Of a DNA stretch of 64,000 nucleotides, positions 8,291 to 23,870 are shown in pieces. A program made the position numbers and the translations under genes. Location: assembly GCA_002862405.1 (NCBI GenBank), contig PKCZ01000162.1, positions 2,296 to 66,295 on the forward strand. Direction: 5' to 3'. Numbering within the stretch: position 1 is the stretch's first letter; every line of letters starts with the position of its first letter. The notes beneath the pieces are model-generated. The model worked only from the letters and a program-made list of their open reading frames with translations, was not told the origin of the DNA and did not search any database. Source of the DNA: Pseudomonadota bacterium (GTDB taxonomy: Bacteria > Pseudomonadota > Gammaproteobacteria > Pseudomonadales > Halieaceae).

Positions 8291-9466
8291 ATGGCTAATG
8301 CATACATCGTTGCAGCGAAGCGAACCGCTGGCGGTCGCAAAGGCGGCGCACTGGCAGACTGGCACCCCGGCGACTTGGGAGCTCAAACACTCAACGCAAT
8401 TGTCGAGGACAGCAAGGTAGACCCGAGCGCCATTGAGGACGTGATTGTGGGCTGCGTCTCTCAGGCGGGCGAGCAGTCCAATCAGATTGGCCGCACCGCG
8501 GTCCTGGCCTCCAACCTCCCGCAAAGCGTCCCAGCGGTCACAATTGACCGACAGTGCGGATCTTCGCAACAAAGCATTCAGTTTGCCGCACAAGCCGTCA
8601 TGTCTGGCACACAGGACCTGGTGATAGCAGCAGGCATTGAAAGCATGTCACGCTGCCCTATGGGTATTAATGCGCGTGCCGGCAAGGTGTTTGATGTGCC
8701 CACGGATCCAACACCGCAATCGGTGAAAGACCAGTACGGTATTCGTCACTTCAGCCAGTTCGTTGGCGCAGAAATGATCGCTAAAAAGTACGGCCATACG
8801 AAGGAAGCGTTAGACGCCTATTCGGTGAGAAGCCATCAGCGCGGTCGCGATGCTCGAAACGCAGGCGCATTTGATAAGGAAATCGTCGCCATCATGGGCA
8901 GAACCGCCGATGGCGGCAAAGCATTGCATCAGCACGACCAGGGTATTCGCGATGACGCCAGCATGGAGGCTATGGCTCAACTGAAAATATTGATGGAAGA
9001 CGGCGCGCTCACAGCCGCTAATGCGAGTCAGATTTGCGATGGTAGCTCTGCTGTAATGATCGCGTCAGAACAGGCACTCAAAGACCACAATCTCACACCG
9101 CTAGCTCGCATTCATAACCTCACTGTAACCGCCGGCGACCCAGTGATCATGCTTGAGGAGCCCCTCTTTGCGACCGATCGAGCGCTGAAGCGTGCGGGCA
9201 TGAAAATCGAGGATATGGACCTCTATGAGGTCAACGAAGCGTTTGCTCCGGTGCCTATGGCCTGGCTCGAACACACCGGTGCAGATCCTGACAAATTGAA
9301 CGTCAATGGCGGCGCTATCGCTTTGGGCCATCCGCTCGGCGCCACGGGTACCAAGCTGATGACCACACTCGTTCATGCGCTTCACGCCCGGTGTAAAAAA
9401 TGGGGTCTGCAGACGATGTGCGAGGGTGGCGGTATTGCTAACGTCACCATTGTCGAAGCGCTGTAG
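8291..9466 (+). CDS. acetyl-CoA C-acyltransferase (thiolase)
   Basis: Active-site Cys context DRQCGSSQQ, plus the C-terminal thiolase signatures NVNGGAIALGHPLGATG and CEGGGIANVTIVE. Confidence 0.9.
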   Translation: MANAYIVAAKRTAGGRKGGALADWHPGDLGAQTLNAIVEDSKVDPSAIEDVIVGCVSQAGEQSNQIGRTAVLASNLPQSVPAVTIDRQCGSSQQSIQFAAQAVMSGTQDLVIAAGIESMSRCPMGINARAGKVFDVPTDPTPQSVKDQYGIRHFSQFVGAEMIAKKYGHTKEALDAYSVRSHQRGRDARNAGAFDKEIVAIMGRTADGGKALHQHDQGIRDDASMEAMAQLKILMEDGALTAANASQICDGSSAVMIASEQALKDHNLTPLARIHNLTVTAGDPVIMLEEPLFATDRALKRAGMKIEDMDLYEVNEAFAPVPMAWLEHTGADPDKLNVNGGAIALGHPLGATGTKLMTTLVHALHARCKKWGLQTMCEGGGIANVTIVEAL

Positions 9467-9480
9467 TCAATCGATGTGAT

Positions 9481-9500
9481 GCCACCGAAGGTGGCGTTTT
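9481..9500 (+). terminator. Rho-independent terminator after the thiolase gene
   Basis: GCCACC-GAA-GGTGGC hairpin followed by GTTTT, 15 nt after the stop codon. Confidence 0.7.
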
Positions 9501-9603
9501 AAATAGAATTCCCATGGGGAAATCAATCGCCCGAGAAACATTTGCGCATCCTCCCTGACTAAGGTTCAATATCCCTAAGCCATAAAAATAACTAGGCGAA
9601 ACG

Positions 9604-9771
9604 ATGGAGATTAAAACCCTCAGCAAGGTTGTAACCGCTTGTGTTGTTGCTGGCGTCCTAAGTGGATTGCTGTTAGCGAATATCACGTTTTACGAAGTGC
9701 TCATGGCCCAGCTTAGCCAGTGGGCGGACACTCAGAGCCTAGTTGCCTGGAATAACTCCCCGCACTACTGA
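9604..9771 (+). CDS. possible 55-aa single-TM small protein (MEIKTLSKVVTACVVAGVLSGLLLANITFY...)
   Basis: ATG ORF below the track cut-off, with one clear hydrophobic helix and only a weak ribosome-binding site. Confidence 0.2.
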   Translation: MEIKTLSKVVTACVVAGVLSGLLLANITFYEVLMAQLSQWADTQSLVAWNNSPHY

Positions 9772-9894
9772 TTTTGGATTTACCCTGTAATTGACTGCTC
9801 CAAATTAGTTAAGCTAACCGCGCAGTGCAGCAGAGCGTGTGCCTACTTTTAAATTTGACTCATTCATTTATCTGGCAAAGCCTGGGAGTTCGCT

Positions 9895-11022
9895 ATGTTT
9901 ATCGAGCCGTTCGAAGTCGAAATCTGGATGAACGAATGGGAGACACGCTGCACCTACAACCTTGCTGAAACCTGCGTCGCTAGTATTACGATTAATGAAC
10001 TACTAGCACTATCAGGTCGTGACGAAGCGGACCTATACGAAATCCTGTCGATGAAACTCACCTACGGTGATATCGAGGGATCTGACCGCCTGAGAGCAGC
10101 CATTTCCAAGCTCTACGCCAATACGGCGATTGCGGACATCACCATTACCCACGGCACCATAGCGGCCAACATGCTCGTGCACAAAGGATTGGTAGAGCGC
10201 GGCGACCATGTTGTATCGATCATCCCGACCTATCAGCAACACTACTCTATCCCGCGCAGCATCGAGGCAAATGTCGCCACACTGAGTCTCGAGGCAAGCG
10301 ACGGCTTCCTGCCTGACCTTGACCGATTGCGATCGATGGTAACGCTCGAAACGAAGCTCATCGCGCTCACGAATCCAAACAACCCAACCGGCGCTCTCAT
10401 AGAACGTCCTATGCTGGAGGCTATCGCTGAGGTTGCCGACTCGGTCGGGGCTTATCTACTCTGTGACGAGGTTTACCGAGGGACCGGCCAAGTCGGAGAC
10501 GGGATGGTCCCCTCCATTGTTGATATCTACCATAGAGGCATCAGCACAGCCGGCATGTCGAAAGTATTCTCCCTCGCCGGTCTGCGCGTCGGATGGGTGG
10601 TAGCACCAAATGAGCTGACCGAGAAGATCATGATCCATCGTGATTACGACACCATTTCGGTTGGCATGATTAACGACCATTTTGCGGCCATAGCACTTGA
10701 AAATGCTAGCAAAGTTCTGGCACGAAGCCAGGCAATAACGCGAGAAAATCTCGCGATTTTGGATAGCTGGATTACAAACGAGCCACGCGTCGATTGGGTC
10801 AAACCCCGCGCGGGTACCACTGCCATGCTGAAACTCGACATCCCCATGAGCTCGAGAGAATTCTGTATCGATCTCCTCGAAAAAACGGGCGTCATGCTCA
10901 CCCCTGGCGATGCCTTCGACATGGAGGGTTATGTGAGAATTGGCTATGCAAATGAGCGAGAAATTCTCGAGGCAGGCCTGTCTGAAATGTCTGCCTACCT
11001 GAAGACAAGTTTGCCGGCATAA
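9895..11022 (+). CDS. class I/II PLP-dependent aminotransferase
   Basis: NPNNPTG motif and the PLP-lysine motif SKVFSLAGLRVGW. Confidence 0.85.
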   Translation: MFIEPFEVEIWMNEWETRCTYNLAETCVASITINELLALSGRDEADLYEILSMKLTYGDIEGSDRLRAAISKLYANTAIADITITHGTIAANMLVHKGLVERGDHVVSIIPTYQQHYSIPRSIEANVATLSLEASDGFLPDLDRLRSMVTLETKLIALTNPNNPTGALIERPMLEAIAEVADSVGAYLLCDEVYRGTGQVGDGMVPSIVDIYHRGISTAGMSKVFSLAGLRVGWVVAPNELTEKIMIHRDYDTISVGMINDHFAAIALENASKVLARSQAITRENLAILDSWITNEPRVDWVKPRAGTTAMLKLDIPMSSREFCIDLLEKTGVMLTPGDAFDMEGYVRIGYANEREILEAGLSEMSAYLKTSLPA

Positions 11023-11032
11023 GCCAGTCTTG

Positions 11033-12400
11033 CTATCGCTGCTTAGCGATAAAATCGGAGACTCGCTGGTGTAACTCGCCGTGTAAACGAAACGTTTGTC
11101 TATATACCCAGATACTCCCGATCAGAAAGACAACCGGAAGACCAATCATCAGGGTCCTTAAGCCAAATACCGTCGCCTCGCTTTGGATCTCATTGGGTAC
11201 GTAACCGATAAGCGACAGTCCGACGCCAATAAAAAAGCCAGCGAAGGCACCTGCGAACTTCACCAGCATCGTCTGCACTGAGAAAATAATGCTCTCGCTG
11301 CGTTTCCCCGTCTTGTAATGACCGTAATCAACGACATCGGCGAGCATGACTGTCCCCAAACCATTGGCAATGCCGCCACCGAACTTCAGCAGCGCGCCCG
11401 CTCCCGCCACGAGGACACCACTCTTTGGTGCCACGATGCTCCCCGCCAACAGAACGACACTGCAGGCAAGAGCAAATAAGCTGGCGATGTACCAGGTAAA
11501 ACGTCGTGGTAGGTGTCGGCAGAGCCACGGGAAAAGAAAGATACCCAGCATTTCGGCAATACCGGAGACCAAGGCAAACATGGGAAACAATTCGGGCTTC
11601 CCAATGGCGTAGCTGAAGTAGTAAATCGCAAAGCCACCCACCAGCTGGGTACCAATGTTGAAGGTGAGAACACAACCGATCAGCGAAGCTAGCTGATCGT
11701 TATTTCGCAAGATAGCGATCACATCGCCAAAGGAGAAGCGCTCAATGGTGACCTGGGTAGCAACCCGCTCCTTCACCTGCGAGAAGGTAATCAGCGCAGA
11801 TGCGAGAAAAGCAATAATGATGAGACCAGAGAGGAGGAGAAATCCTCTGCCTTCCTCCCCTCTACCTAGGAAGGCGATGCTCGCCAGACCATAGGTGCCG
11901 ATGATCGTCCAGGCGATGCTAGCGAACAGGCGCGGCCAGACAACCAATCGCTCTCGCTCCTCACGACGAGCAGATAATGCAGGCACTATTGACCAGAAGG
12001 GGATATCCATAATGGTGTAGGTGAGACCCCAAACGATGTAGGTCACGGTGACAAACAAAAGGAGCTGCAAACCTGAAAACAGGTGTGCAGAGAACAGCGC
12101 CAACAAGGCAAGCGAGTTGATCACCGTCCCAAGGACGATCCAGGGCCTGAACTTTCCAAACCGACTGCGCGTGTTATCGACGATCATGCCCATGACCGGA
12201 TCGGATACCGCGTCAATCATGCGGACAACGAGAAACAGCGTTCCCACAAATGCCGCCGGCACGCCGGCCACATCGGTGTAGTAGTACATGAGAAAGAGAT
12301 AAACGATGGAGCAGGCAAAGTCCTTCCCCAGCGCGCCCAGTCCGTAACTGAACTTGGTGCGCGTCGAAATCGAGTCAATCCCATCGATAGCGTCACTCAT
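11033..12400 (-). CDS. glycoside-pentoside-hexuronide (GPH):cation symporter (MelB/LacS-like)
   Basis: 455 aa with about 12 TM helices. The N-terminus (KFSYGLGALGKDFACSIVYLFLMYYYTDV...DPVMGMIVDNTRSRFGKFRPW) is typical of GPH transporters. It lies directly downstream of lacZ. Confidence 0.85.
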   Translation of the reverse strand: MSDAIDGIDSISTRTKFSYGLGALGKDFACSIVYLFLMYYYTDVAGVPAAFVGTLFLVVRMIDAVSDPVMGMIVDNTRSRFGKFRPWIVLGTVINSLALLALFSAHLFSGLQLLLFVTVTYIVWGLTYTIMDIPFWSIVPALSARREERERLVVWPRLFASIAWTIIGTYGLASIAFLGRGEEGRGFLLLSGLIIIAFLASALITFSQVKERVATQVTIERFSFGDVIAILRNNDQLASLIGCVLTFNIGTQLVGGFAIYYFSYAIGKPELFPMFALVSGIAEMLGIFLFPWLCRHLPRRFTWYIASLFALACSVVLLAGSIVAPKSGVLVAGAGALLKFGGGIANGLGTVMLADVVDYGHYKTGKRSESIIFSVQTMLVKFAGAFAGFFIGVGLSLIGYVPNEIQSEATVFGLRTLMIGLPVVFLIGSIWVYRQTFRLHGELHQRVSDFIAKQR

Positions 12401-12429
12401 GGCGCAGAGTTCCGCTGACGACAGTTATC

Positions 12430-17324
<4,895 letters not shown>

Positions 17325-17329
17325 CTCTT

Positions 17330-17365
17330 CGTTATCTTTTTCGTTGTCTTTTTGGTTATCTTTTT
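17330..17365. repeat. three tandem 12-nt units, (C/G)GTT(A/G)TCTTTTT
   Basis: CGTTATCTTTTT / CGTTGTCTTTTT / GGTTATCTTTTT sit immediately upstream of the GH2 start codon. On the minus strand they read AAAAAGAYAAC. Confidence 0.8.
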
Positions 17366-17509
17366 TAATTACCGATGACGCAGAGCCACACCATAGCCGC
17401 TTATCGTTTCTTTCGCATTGAGTTGTCTTTCAAATCATCCCTTGGTTACTCTCATCTCGTTACCTACTGTACCGGTTGTCTCCAGCCGGACACGCACGAG
17501 AACATTGCT

Positions 17510-19594
17510 ATGACTGAGCCAAAAGGAATTTCTTTCTCTCTCTCCCAGATCTTCATTCAATCTAGTCTTGGTGCGCTCATCCTGTCGATGAGTGTGCTCT
17601 CATTGGCCGCTGAGAGAGCACCCGTACTGGATGCCATGGATGTCTTTGAACTGGAGTGGGCCTCCGACCCGCAGGTGGCACCTAATGGCAAGTCCGTCGT
17701 CTATGTTCGTCGCTCATTCGATGTCATGAGCGATGCCGCCAAAGCGACACTTTGGCAAGTCTCCATCGATGGCAGTGATCATCGACCGCTCAATAGCAAT
17801 TTGCACCGCAGTACCTCGCCACGCTGGTCTCCCCAGGGAGATAAGATTGCCTATGTCTCTAGCGAGAGCGGCTCCAGTCAGATTCATATCCAATGGATGG
17901 ATACCGGCCAGACGTCGGTCGCGTCACACCTTCAGCAAAGCCCGTCAGACCTCACCTGGTCTCCCGATGGTCAATGGTTGGCCTTCACCATGTCGGTTAA
18001 AAAGTCGACGCCACCCATCGCCAAGCGTCGCAAGGCACCCGACGGTGCTGTCTGGGCCAAACCGCCGGTTACTGTCACGACCACGCGCTATCAATACGAT
18101 GGCCGAGGCATCGTCGATCCGGCTTACCGCCATGTGTTCGTCATCCCTGCCGACGGAGGTGTAGCACGACAGCTAACATCGGGTGATTTCAATCACTATG
18201 GCCGGCTGAGCTGGTCGGCTGATAGCGCGTCCATCTTTTTCTCTGCTGACCGCTCGAATGATTGGGAGCTCCGCAGTGATGAAGCCGATATCTATTCAGT
18301 ATTGCTTGGCAGCGGTGCGCTAACGCAGATCACAGACCTTCCAGGTGCTGAACGCTCACCTGCGGTCTCACCAAACGGTAAGCTTCTGGCCATCAGCTAC
18401 GAAGAGAGTAGACCCCTAGCCTTTACGCCCGACCGTATTGCCACGGTTGATCTTTCAACCAAGGAAGTCCGCATACTCACCGAGGCCATCGATGGGGATG
18501 CGGCGAATATCCTGTGGCGAGCCGATGGTAAAGCGCTCTACTTCGCCTTTGATGAACGCGGTGAACGTCACATCAAACAGGTGACGCTGAACAAGGCAGT
18601 CTCGCCAGTGTCTACAGGATTGGGTGGCACCAGCGTGGGTCGGCCGTATCTATCCGGCGGGTTCCACACGGCCGGTGGTGTCGTTGCCTACACAAAAGGA
18701 GGACCTGATCGGCCAGCAGACATCGCGGTCACGCAGCGTAGAACGCCCAAAATTATCACTGCGCTCAACGATGATCTTCTCAACTACCGATCGCTGGGTG
18801 AAGTCAATGAGATTGTGTACAACTCATCGTTTGATGGCCAGGAGATCCAAGGCTGGTACATCACACCGCCTGATTTCGATCCCACAAAGAAATACCCTCT
18901 GATTCTTGAGATTCACGGGGGCCCTCACCTCGCCTATGGACCCCATTTTTCAGCCGAACTTCAGCTCATGGCCGCTGCTGGCTACATCGTTTTTTACGAT
19001 AACCATCGGGGTAGCCTATCGTACGGCGAAGATTTTACGCTGCTACTACAGTACAAGTACGCCAGCGAGGAAGACTTTGCTGACCACATGTCAGGCATCG
19101 ATGCCTTGATCGAAAAAGGCATTGTGGACGCCGACAATTTGTTTATCACAGGTGGCAGTGCGGGCGGCATCGCCACGGCCTACGCCATTGGCCTGACAGA
19201 TCGCTTCAATGCTGCGGTTGCGGCGAAGCCGGTCATTAACTGGGTGAGCAAAACTCTGACCGCTGACTCAATGGTGGGTCAGATCTATCACCAGTTCCCC
19301 GGACCGCCCTGGGAACACCTAGACCACTATTGGAAGCGCTCGCCGCTATCTTTAGTGGGTAACGTCGTTACGCCCACTCTCCTGCTTACGGGTGAAGAAG
19401 ACCGACGAACTCCCATGTCTGAAACCGAGCAATTCTATCAGGCGCTGCGACTACGTGGCGTGGATTCAGCCATGGTTCGCTTGCCTGGTGCGTCGCACGG
19501 CATTGCGAGCAGACCATCGAGACTCATTACCAAGGTTGATCATATCCTCGCCTGGTTCGAGCGCTACCGAAACGAGGACTCAAGCGGCCAGTAG
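17510..19594 (+). CDS. S9-family serine peptidase (beta-propeller plus prolyl-oligopeptidase-type catalytic domain)
   Basis: GGSAGG nucleophile elbow, EEDRRTP (Asp) and GASHGI (His). A signal peptide follows ATG 17510, and the track start at 17375 adds 45 non-signal residues. Confidence 0.85.
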   Translation: MTEPKGISFSLSQIFIQSSLGALILSMSVLSLAAERAPVLDAMDVFELEWASDPQVAPNGKSVVYVRRSFDVMSDAAKATLWQVSIDGSDHRPLNSNLHRSTSPRWSPQGDKIAYVSSESGSSQIHIQWMDTGQTSVASHLQQSPSDLTWSPDGQWLAFTMSVKKSTPPIAKRRKAPDGAVWAKPPVTVTTTRYQYDGRGIVDPAYRHVFVIPADGGVARQLTSGDFNHYGRLSWSADSASIFFSADRSNDWELRSDEADIYSVLLGSGALTQITDLPGAERSPAVSPNGKLLAISYEESRPLAFTPDRIATVDLSTKEVRILTEAIDGDAANILWRADGKALYFAFDERGERHIKQVTLNKAVSPVSTGLGGTSVGRPYLSGGFHTAGGVVAYTKGGPDRPADIAVTQRRTPKIITALNDDLLNYRSLGEVNEIVYNSSFDGQEIQGWYITPPDFDPTKKYPLILEIHGGPHLAYGPHFSAELQLMAAAGYIVFYDNHRGSLSYGEDFTLLLQYKYASEEDFADHMSGIDALIEKGIVDADNLFITGGSAGGIATAYAIGLTDRFNAAVAAKPVINWVSKTLTADSMVGQIYHQFPGPPWEHLDHYWKRSPLSLVGNVVTPTLLLTGEEDRRTPMSETEQFYQALRLRGVDSAMVRLPGASHGIASRPSRLITKVDHILAWFERYRNEDSSGQ

Positions 19595-19690
19595 CACAGA
19601 GCTGTAGTATGTGGTGCTTCTCCGCGCACGGGAAGCGTCAAGCTGGTCCAAGCAGCTATTACACGCCCTGACCCGATGTTCTGGGTCTGC

Positions 19691-21235
19691 TCAAGACTCG
19701 TCAGATAGTCCGACAAGCACCTCAGCGTACATCTCTATGGCATCAAAGAGATTTTTAAGCCGGAGGTTTTCGTCGCGGCCGTGTTGGTTATTGTCATGGT
19801 TGGCAACGGGAAGGATGACAATCGGAGCCTCGAGATTGTCCTCAAACAAGTAAATCGGTAGCGATCCACCCATCGTGGGGGTTATCAGTGTCTCCTGATC
19901 GCCTAAACGATCGAGTATGACCTTCAAATCACCAACCACATCGGCGTCAATGGATGTTCGGAACGAGCGGTAACCACCTGGACGGGGAACCATCTGCAGG
20001 TGACGCTCTCGAGCAGAACCGGCATCGGGACCGTCGGACGAAACGGTCATACCCATCTTCTCAAAATGGGCTCTTAGGGCAGCCACTAAGGCCTCGGGCT
20101 TTTGTCCCGGCACCAGCCGCAAATTGAGCGAGGCCTGCGCTGTCGGTTCAATAATATTCCTCGCCTTGGGACCCACTCCGCCACCCGAGATGCCACGAAC
20201 CACAATTGCGGGGCGCATGATGGCTGACTCCAGGCGTTCGCTGGATATTTCGTTATTGCCTATACCGAGTTCGCGCTTCAACTGCGCGTCAACTGAGGGC
20301 ATGGCTGCCACAGCGCGCTTTTCTCGTTCTGATACGGCTCTAACATCATCGGAAAAGCCTGCAACCGCAACGCGCCCCTTGTCGTCCTTCAGCGACAACA
20401 ATAAATGCATCAGAATCTCATTGGGGTTTGGAGCCCAGTTGCCGTAGTGTCCCGAGTGCAAAGGAAGGTTGGGGCCAAAAGTCGTGAGATCGACCGTCAT
20501 GCTGCCTCGGACCCCCAATACCAGCTGTCGGCGCCCCGACTGATGCATGGGACCATCGCAAAAGAGCATTACATCGGCGACCAAATCATCTGCGACCTGT
20601 TCAAGGACACCTGCCAGGGTTGGGCTACCCCGCTCCTCTTCACCATCGAGTATCAGTTTGACAGTGACATCGGGCATCTTATCCGCCGCCACCAAGGCAT
20701 CAATCGCAGCCATCAGGGCGATGACTGGGGCTTTATCGTCCCCGGCAGAGCGCGCGACAACACGCCAAGAGGGGTCAAACACTTCCTGATCCCAAGGTAA
20801 GATTTTCGCATCAGCCTTGAGCGGATTATCGGTCCAAAGTGTTGGCTCAAAGGGTGGCGAGGACCACTGATTCGGAATCACTGGCTGCCCATCAAAATGT
20901 GCGTAGACCAAGACCGTGGGCGCGTCATCCGAGCCAGGCCGATGGGCCACAACATAGGGTGCACCGCCGGCAGACACGACCTTGGACGTAAATCCTCGAC
21001 GTCTGACGTAGTCCTCAATAAACGCCGCGTTGTCCATCATGTCGCTGATGTTGCTTGCAACGTTAGGAATACTCAGGAACTCTCGGAAGTCAGCAACAAT
21101 GGCGCTAGTTGTCGCTTGATGGTGCTGTCGCGCGATTTCGGCTGGGCCTTGTGCAAGTGCGCCTGACGAAGCCATCCCCAAAAGCACCAGCGCGGCCATC
21201 ATGTTGCGTGCAAATGTCATGTCGAGTGGCTCCAA
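19691..21235 (-). CDS. M20-family metallopeptidase/dipeptidase, secreted
   Basis: Signal peptide plus the metal-ligand motifs HFDGQPV, GDDKAPV and DGEEERGS. Confidence 0.8.
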   Translation of the reverse strand: MEPLDMTFARNMMAALVLLGMASSGALAQGPAEIARQHHQATTSAIVADFREFLSIPNVASNISDMMDNAAFIEDYVRRRGFTSKVVSAGGAPYVVAHRPGSDDAPTVLVYAHFDGQPVIPNQWSSPPFEPTLWTDNPLKADAKILPWDQEVFDPSWRVVARSAGDDKAPVIALMAAIDALVAADKMPDVTVKLILDGEEERGSPTLAGVLEQVADDLVADVMLFCDGPMHQSGRRQLVLGVRGSMTVDLTTFGPNLPLHSGHYGNWAPNPNEILMHLLLSLKDDKGRVAVAGFSDDVRAVSEREKRAVAAMPSVDAQLKRELGIGNNEISSERLESAIMRPAIVVRGISGGGVGPKARNIIEPTAQASLNLRLVPGQKPEALVAALRAHFEKMGMTVSSDGPDAGSARERHLQMVPRPGGYRSFRTSIDADVVGDLKVILDRLGDQETLITPTMGGSLPIYLFEDNLEAPIVILPVANHDNNQHGRDENLRLKNLFDAIEMYAEVLVGLSDES

Positions 21236-21251
21236 TAAACCCGCCTTCGGG

Positions 21252-22601
21252 TCAGTTTAACAATCGAGCGACATCGCGGGATGTTGCAATCTCACCCTGA
21301 TCAAAATAGCTATCATGATTCTCTTCGATGCTGCGGAGATCATAAAGGTAATTGACCATAAGACCCGCCGATTGGTCCAGACCTTTATCGCTGAGATCGG
21401 CAGCCCAATGAATGGCGTGAAGGCTTGCGCCGTTCCCTAAATGAAAGCGGGCCACCGGATCGAGCGCTAGGTTACCTCGACGCTCCTTAACCAGATAGCG
21501 TGCACAAGCTGCCAGTAAATCGTCTCGCCGCACAGATGCTTGGAAACGCTCACGAAAATCGGCGGTCTTAGCCTTATCGGTCTTAGCCATCGACCGCATC
21601 TCCTCGAGATCGATACGGGTTTCCCGAGTTGCCAGCCAACGGCAAAAACCGGGAATGGGTGAAAGGGTTACGTAGCGCTTCATAGTCGAATAACGCTTAC
21701 CAACCTCTTCAACCACCTGCTTGATCAGAAAGTTGCCAAAAGAGACGCCGGCCAAACCGGGGTGACAGTTGCTGATGGAATAGAACACGACTGTATCCGG
21801 CGTGCTGCCAATATCGCCCTCTTTTGTTTGATCAATCAGGGGGCCAATGGCATCTGGAACTCCCTCGGTCAGCGCTACCTCGACAAATACCAACGGATCG
21901 TCGGGCATGGCAGGGTGAAAAAACGCAAAACACATGCGGTTGCCACTCAATCTGGCTCGCAGGTCATCCCAGCCCTGTATCGCATGCACCGATTCGTACT
22001 CAATGATTCGCTCGAGAATAGATGCCGATGTATTCCAGTCAATCACCCGCATCTCGAGAAACCCCCGGTTAAACCAGGAGATGAACTGATGCTTTAAGTC
22101 GGTCTCCACCGCCTTCAGCTGGGGGAGATCGCCGAGCACCTGAATCATTGCCCCGCGCATTTTCACCAACACGGGGGTCGCCTCGGGCGCCATATTCATC
22201 CGCCGGAACAGCTTTATTCGCGGCGCCTCGGCAGCCCGCGACAACGCCGCAAGATTCGTCTCTGACGGATCGAGCTTATAGCTCTCTGCTGCAGTCAAAA
22301 CCACATCACTGTCGGCTGAAAAATCGGAAGCTAAGGCTTCAAAGAAACGGCGCCGGTTGTCGTCATCAAGCGCTTGATAGTCCGCTACGACCTCGCAAGC
22401 CAGGGCCAAGCCTGACGCTTCTCCTCGGTGATGGATCAACTGCTTACTTTTTGCAAGTAGGTCGCTAGAAGGCGTTTCGAGCGCATTCCGCCGGCGGCGC
22501 GCCAGAATATCGCGCCCAGCAGAAATAACCGAATTTAAGAGTCCGGAAAGTCCAACTGATCCAGACTCATGATCAGGAATACTGGTTTCCACTTGCGACA
22601 T
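21252..22601 (-). CDS. malonyl-CoA decarboxylase
   Basis: The conserved block VVFYSISNCHPGLAGVSFGNFLIKQVVEE is typical of the MCD family. The start is placed at ATG 22601. Confidence 0.8.
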   Translation of the reverse strand: MSQVETSIPDHESGSVGLSGLLNSVISAGRDILARRRRNALETPSSDLLAKSKQLIHHRGEASGLALACEVVADYQALDDDNRRRFFEALASDFSADSDVVLTAAESYKLDPSETNLAALSRAAEAPRIKLFRRMNMAPEATPVLVKMRGAMIQVLGDLPQLKAVETDLKHQFISWFNRGFLEMRVIDWNTSASILERIIEYESVHAIQGWDDLRARLSGNRMCFAFFHPAMPDDPLVFVEVALTEGVPDAIGPLIDQTKEGDIGSTPDTVVFYSISNCHPGLAGVSFGNFLIKQVVEEVGKRYSTMKRYVTLSPIPGFCRWLATRETRIDLEEMRSMAKTDKAKTADFRERFQASVRRDDLLAACARYLVKERRGNLALDPVARFHLGNGASLHAIHWAADLSDKGLDQSAGLMVNYLYDLRSIEENHDSYFDQGEIATSRDVARLLN

Positions 22602-22797
22602 CGCGAATAACTCCAAAAACAGTAAAGTCACTATAGCTCTCGTTTCACGGTGCTACCAAGAATAAAAGGGCCTATCTTTCTAGAATTTCCCTGTGAACAT
22701 GACTTGAAAAGATCCAAACAGGAGTAACGTCGTTTGACTTAACTTTTTCGGCCCGCGAGTGCTACGCTGAACTGAAAAGAAGCGTTGAGGAATCCTT

Positions 22798-23508
22798 GTG
22801 ACCAATATACCCAAAGCCAGACCCGCCAGCACCGTTGTCCTCTTACGCGATACGGATAATGGAATGGAAACGCTCATGCTAAAGCGCAATAAGGCGTTGA
22901 TGTTTGCCGGTGGGTTATGGGTCTTTCCCGGCGGTGCATTGGAAAATAGCGACATTGAGTCGGCTGAGGGCGATATCGCATTGGCCGCGCGCATTGCAGC
23001 GGCACGAGAGGCCGAGGAAGAATGCGGCTTGCGTCCAGATACTGACAACATGGTGCACCTCAGCCACTGGACGACACCTGTTGTCGAACCCAAGCGATTT
23101 GAGACCTGGATTTACGCGGCGCCGCTGGCTGAGGATGCGGACGTTGCCATTGACGGAAGCGAGATTCACGACTTTGCGTGGATTCGAGTACGAGATGCGG
23201 TAGCACAACACGAGGCTGGCGAATTTGGCATGCTGCCACCCACCTACATTACGCTGCTCAGCCTATTGCGCTACACCACAACGGCCGATATGGCCGCCGG
23301 CGAAAACGAAATCCCGCCTCCCTATGTTTTCCCAGTGTTTACCAAGGCAGATGGCAAAATGGCCGTGCTGTTCCAGGGAGATGCGGGTTACGAAACGGGC
23401 GATGGCAGTGCTGAAGGTGCTCGGCACCGCGCCATCATGCAAGAGAAAGGATGGGAATATGTTTATCGCAATGTCGACGATACCTATTTACCCTTTGTCA
23501 GGAGTTGA
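22798..23508 (+). CDS. Nudix hydrolase
   Basis: Nudix box elements GGALE...AAREAEEECGL. GTG start. Confidence 0.8.
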   Translation: MTNIPKARPASTVVLLRDTDNGMETLMLKRNKALMFAGGLWVFPGGALENSDIESAEGDIALAARIAAAREAEEECGLRPDTDNMVHLSHWTTPVVEPKRFETWIYAAPLAEDADVAIDGSEIHDFAWIRVRDAVAQHEAGEFGMLPPTYITLLSLLRYTTTADMAAGENEIPPPYVFPVFTKADGKMAVLFQGDAGYETGDGSAEGARHRAIMQEKGWEYVYRNVDDTYLPFVRS

Positions 23509-23552
23509 GGCAGGAAGGAACTGAGGTCGTAAGCAAACGAAACGTTACGGTT

Positions 23553-23870
23553 ATGAGGCAGAAGCTTTCCCGAGCGAGTAGAACGAAGCGAGCCCTCCAA
23601 AACGAGTGGACGAGGAGCCTAAATCAGCTCAAAGGCGTGCTGAAGTTCTATGGCCTTATGGGTGTGTTATTTCTCGCCCTCGCGCTCTCTCGCGAACTGT
23701 TTCTTGGTATTACTAGAGGCCCAGACGTTGGTTCATTCGAAAAACTCCTCGCAGGTGCGATGTTTGTCTTACCCTTGGCCGCCGCGGGCTGCTTCATACT
23801 GATGCCAAGCGTGAGAGAACGTTTTTTTAAATCGATAAAACTTCATCTAAGAACCTTACGACGAAAGTAA
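23553..23870 (+). CDS. hypothetical small membrane protein (two TM helices)
   Basis: ATG 23553. It has a basic N-terminus followed by two hydrophobic segments, and no recognisable family. Confidence 0.3.
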   Translation: MRQKLSRASRTKRALQNEWTRSLNQLKGVLKFYGLMGVLFLALALSRELFLGITRGPDVGSFEKLLAGAMFVLPLAAAGCFILMPSVRERFFKSIKLHLRTLRRK

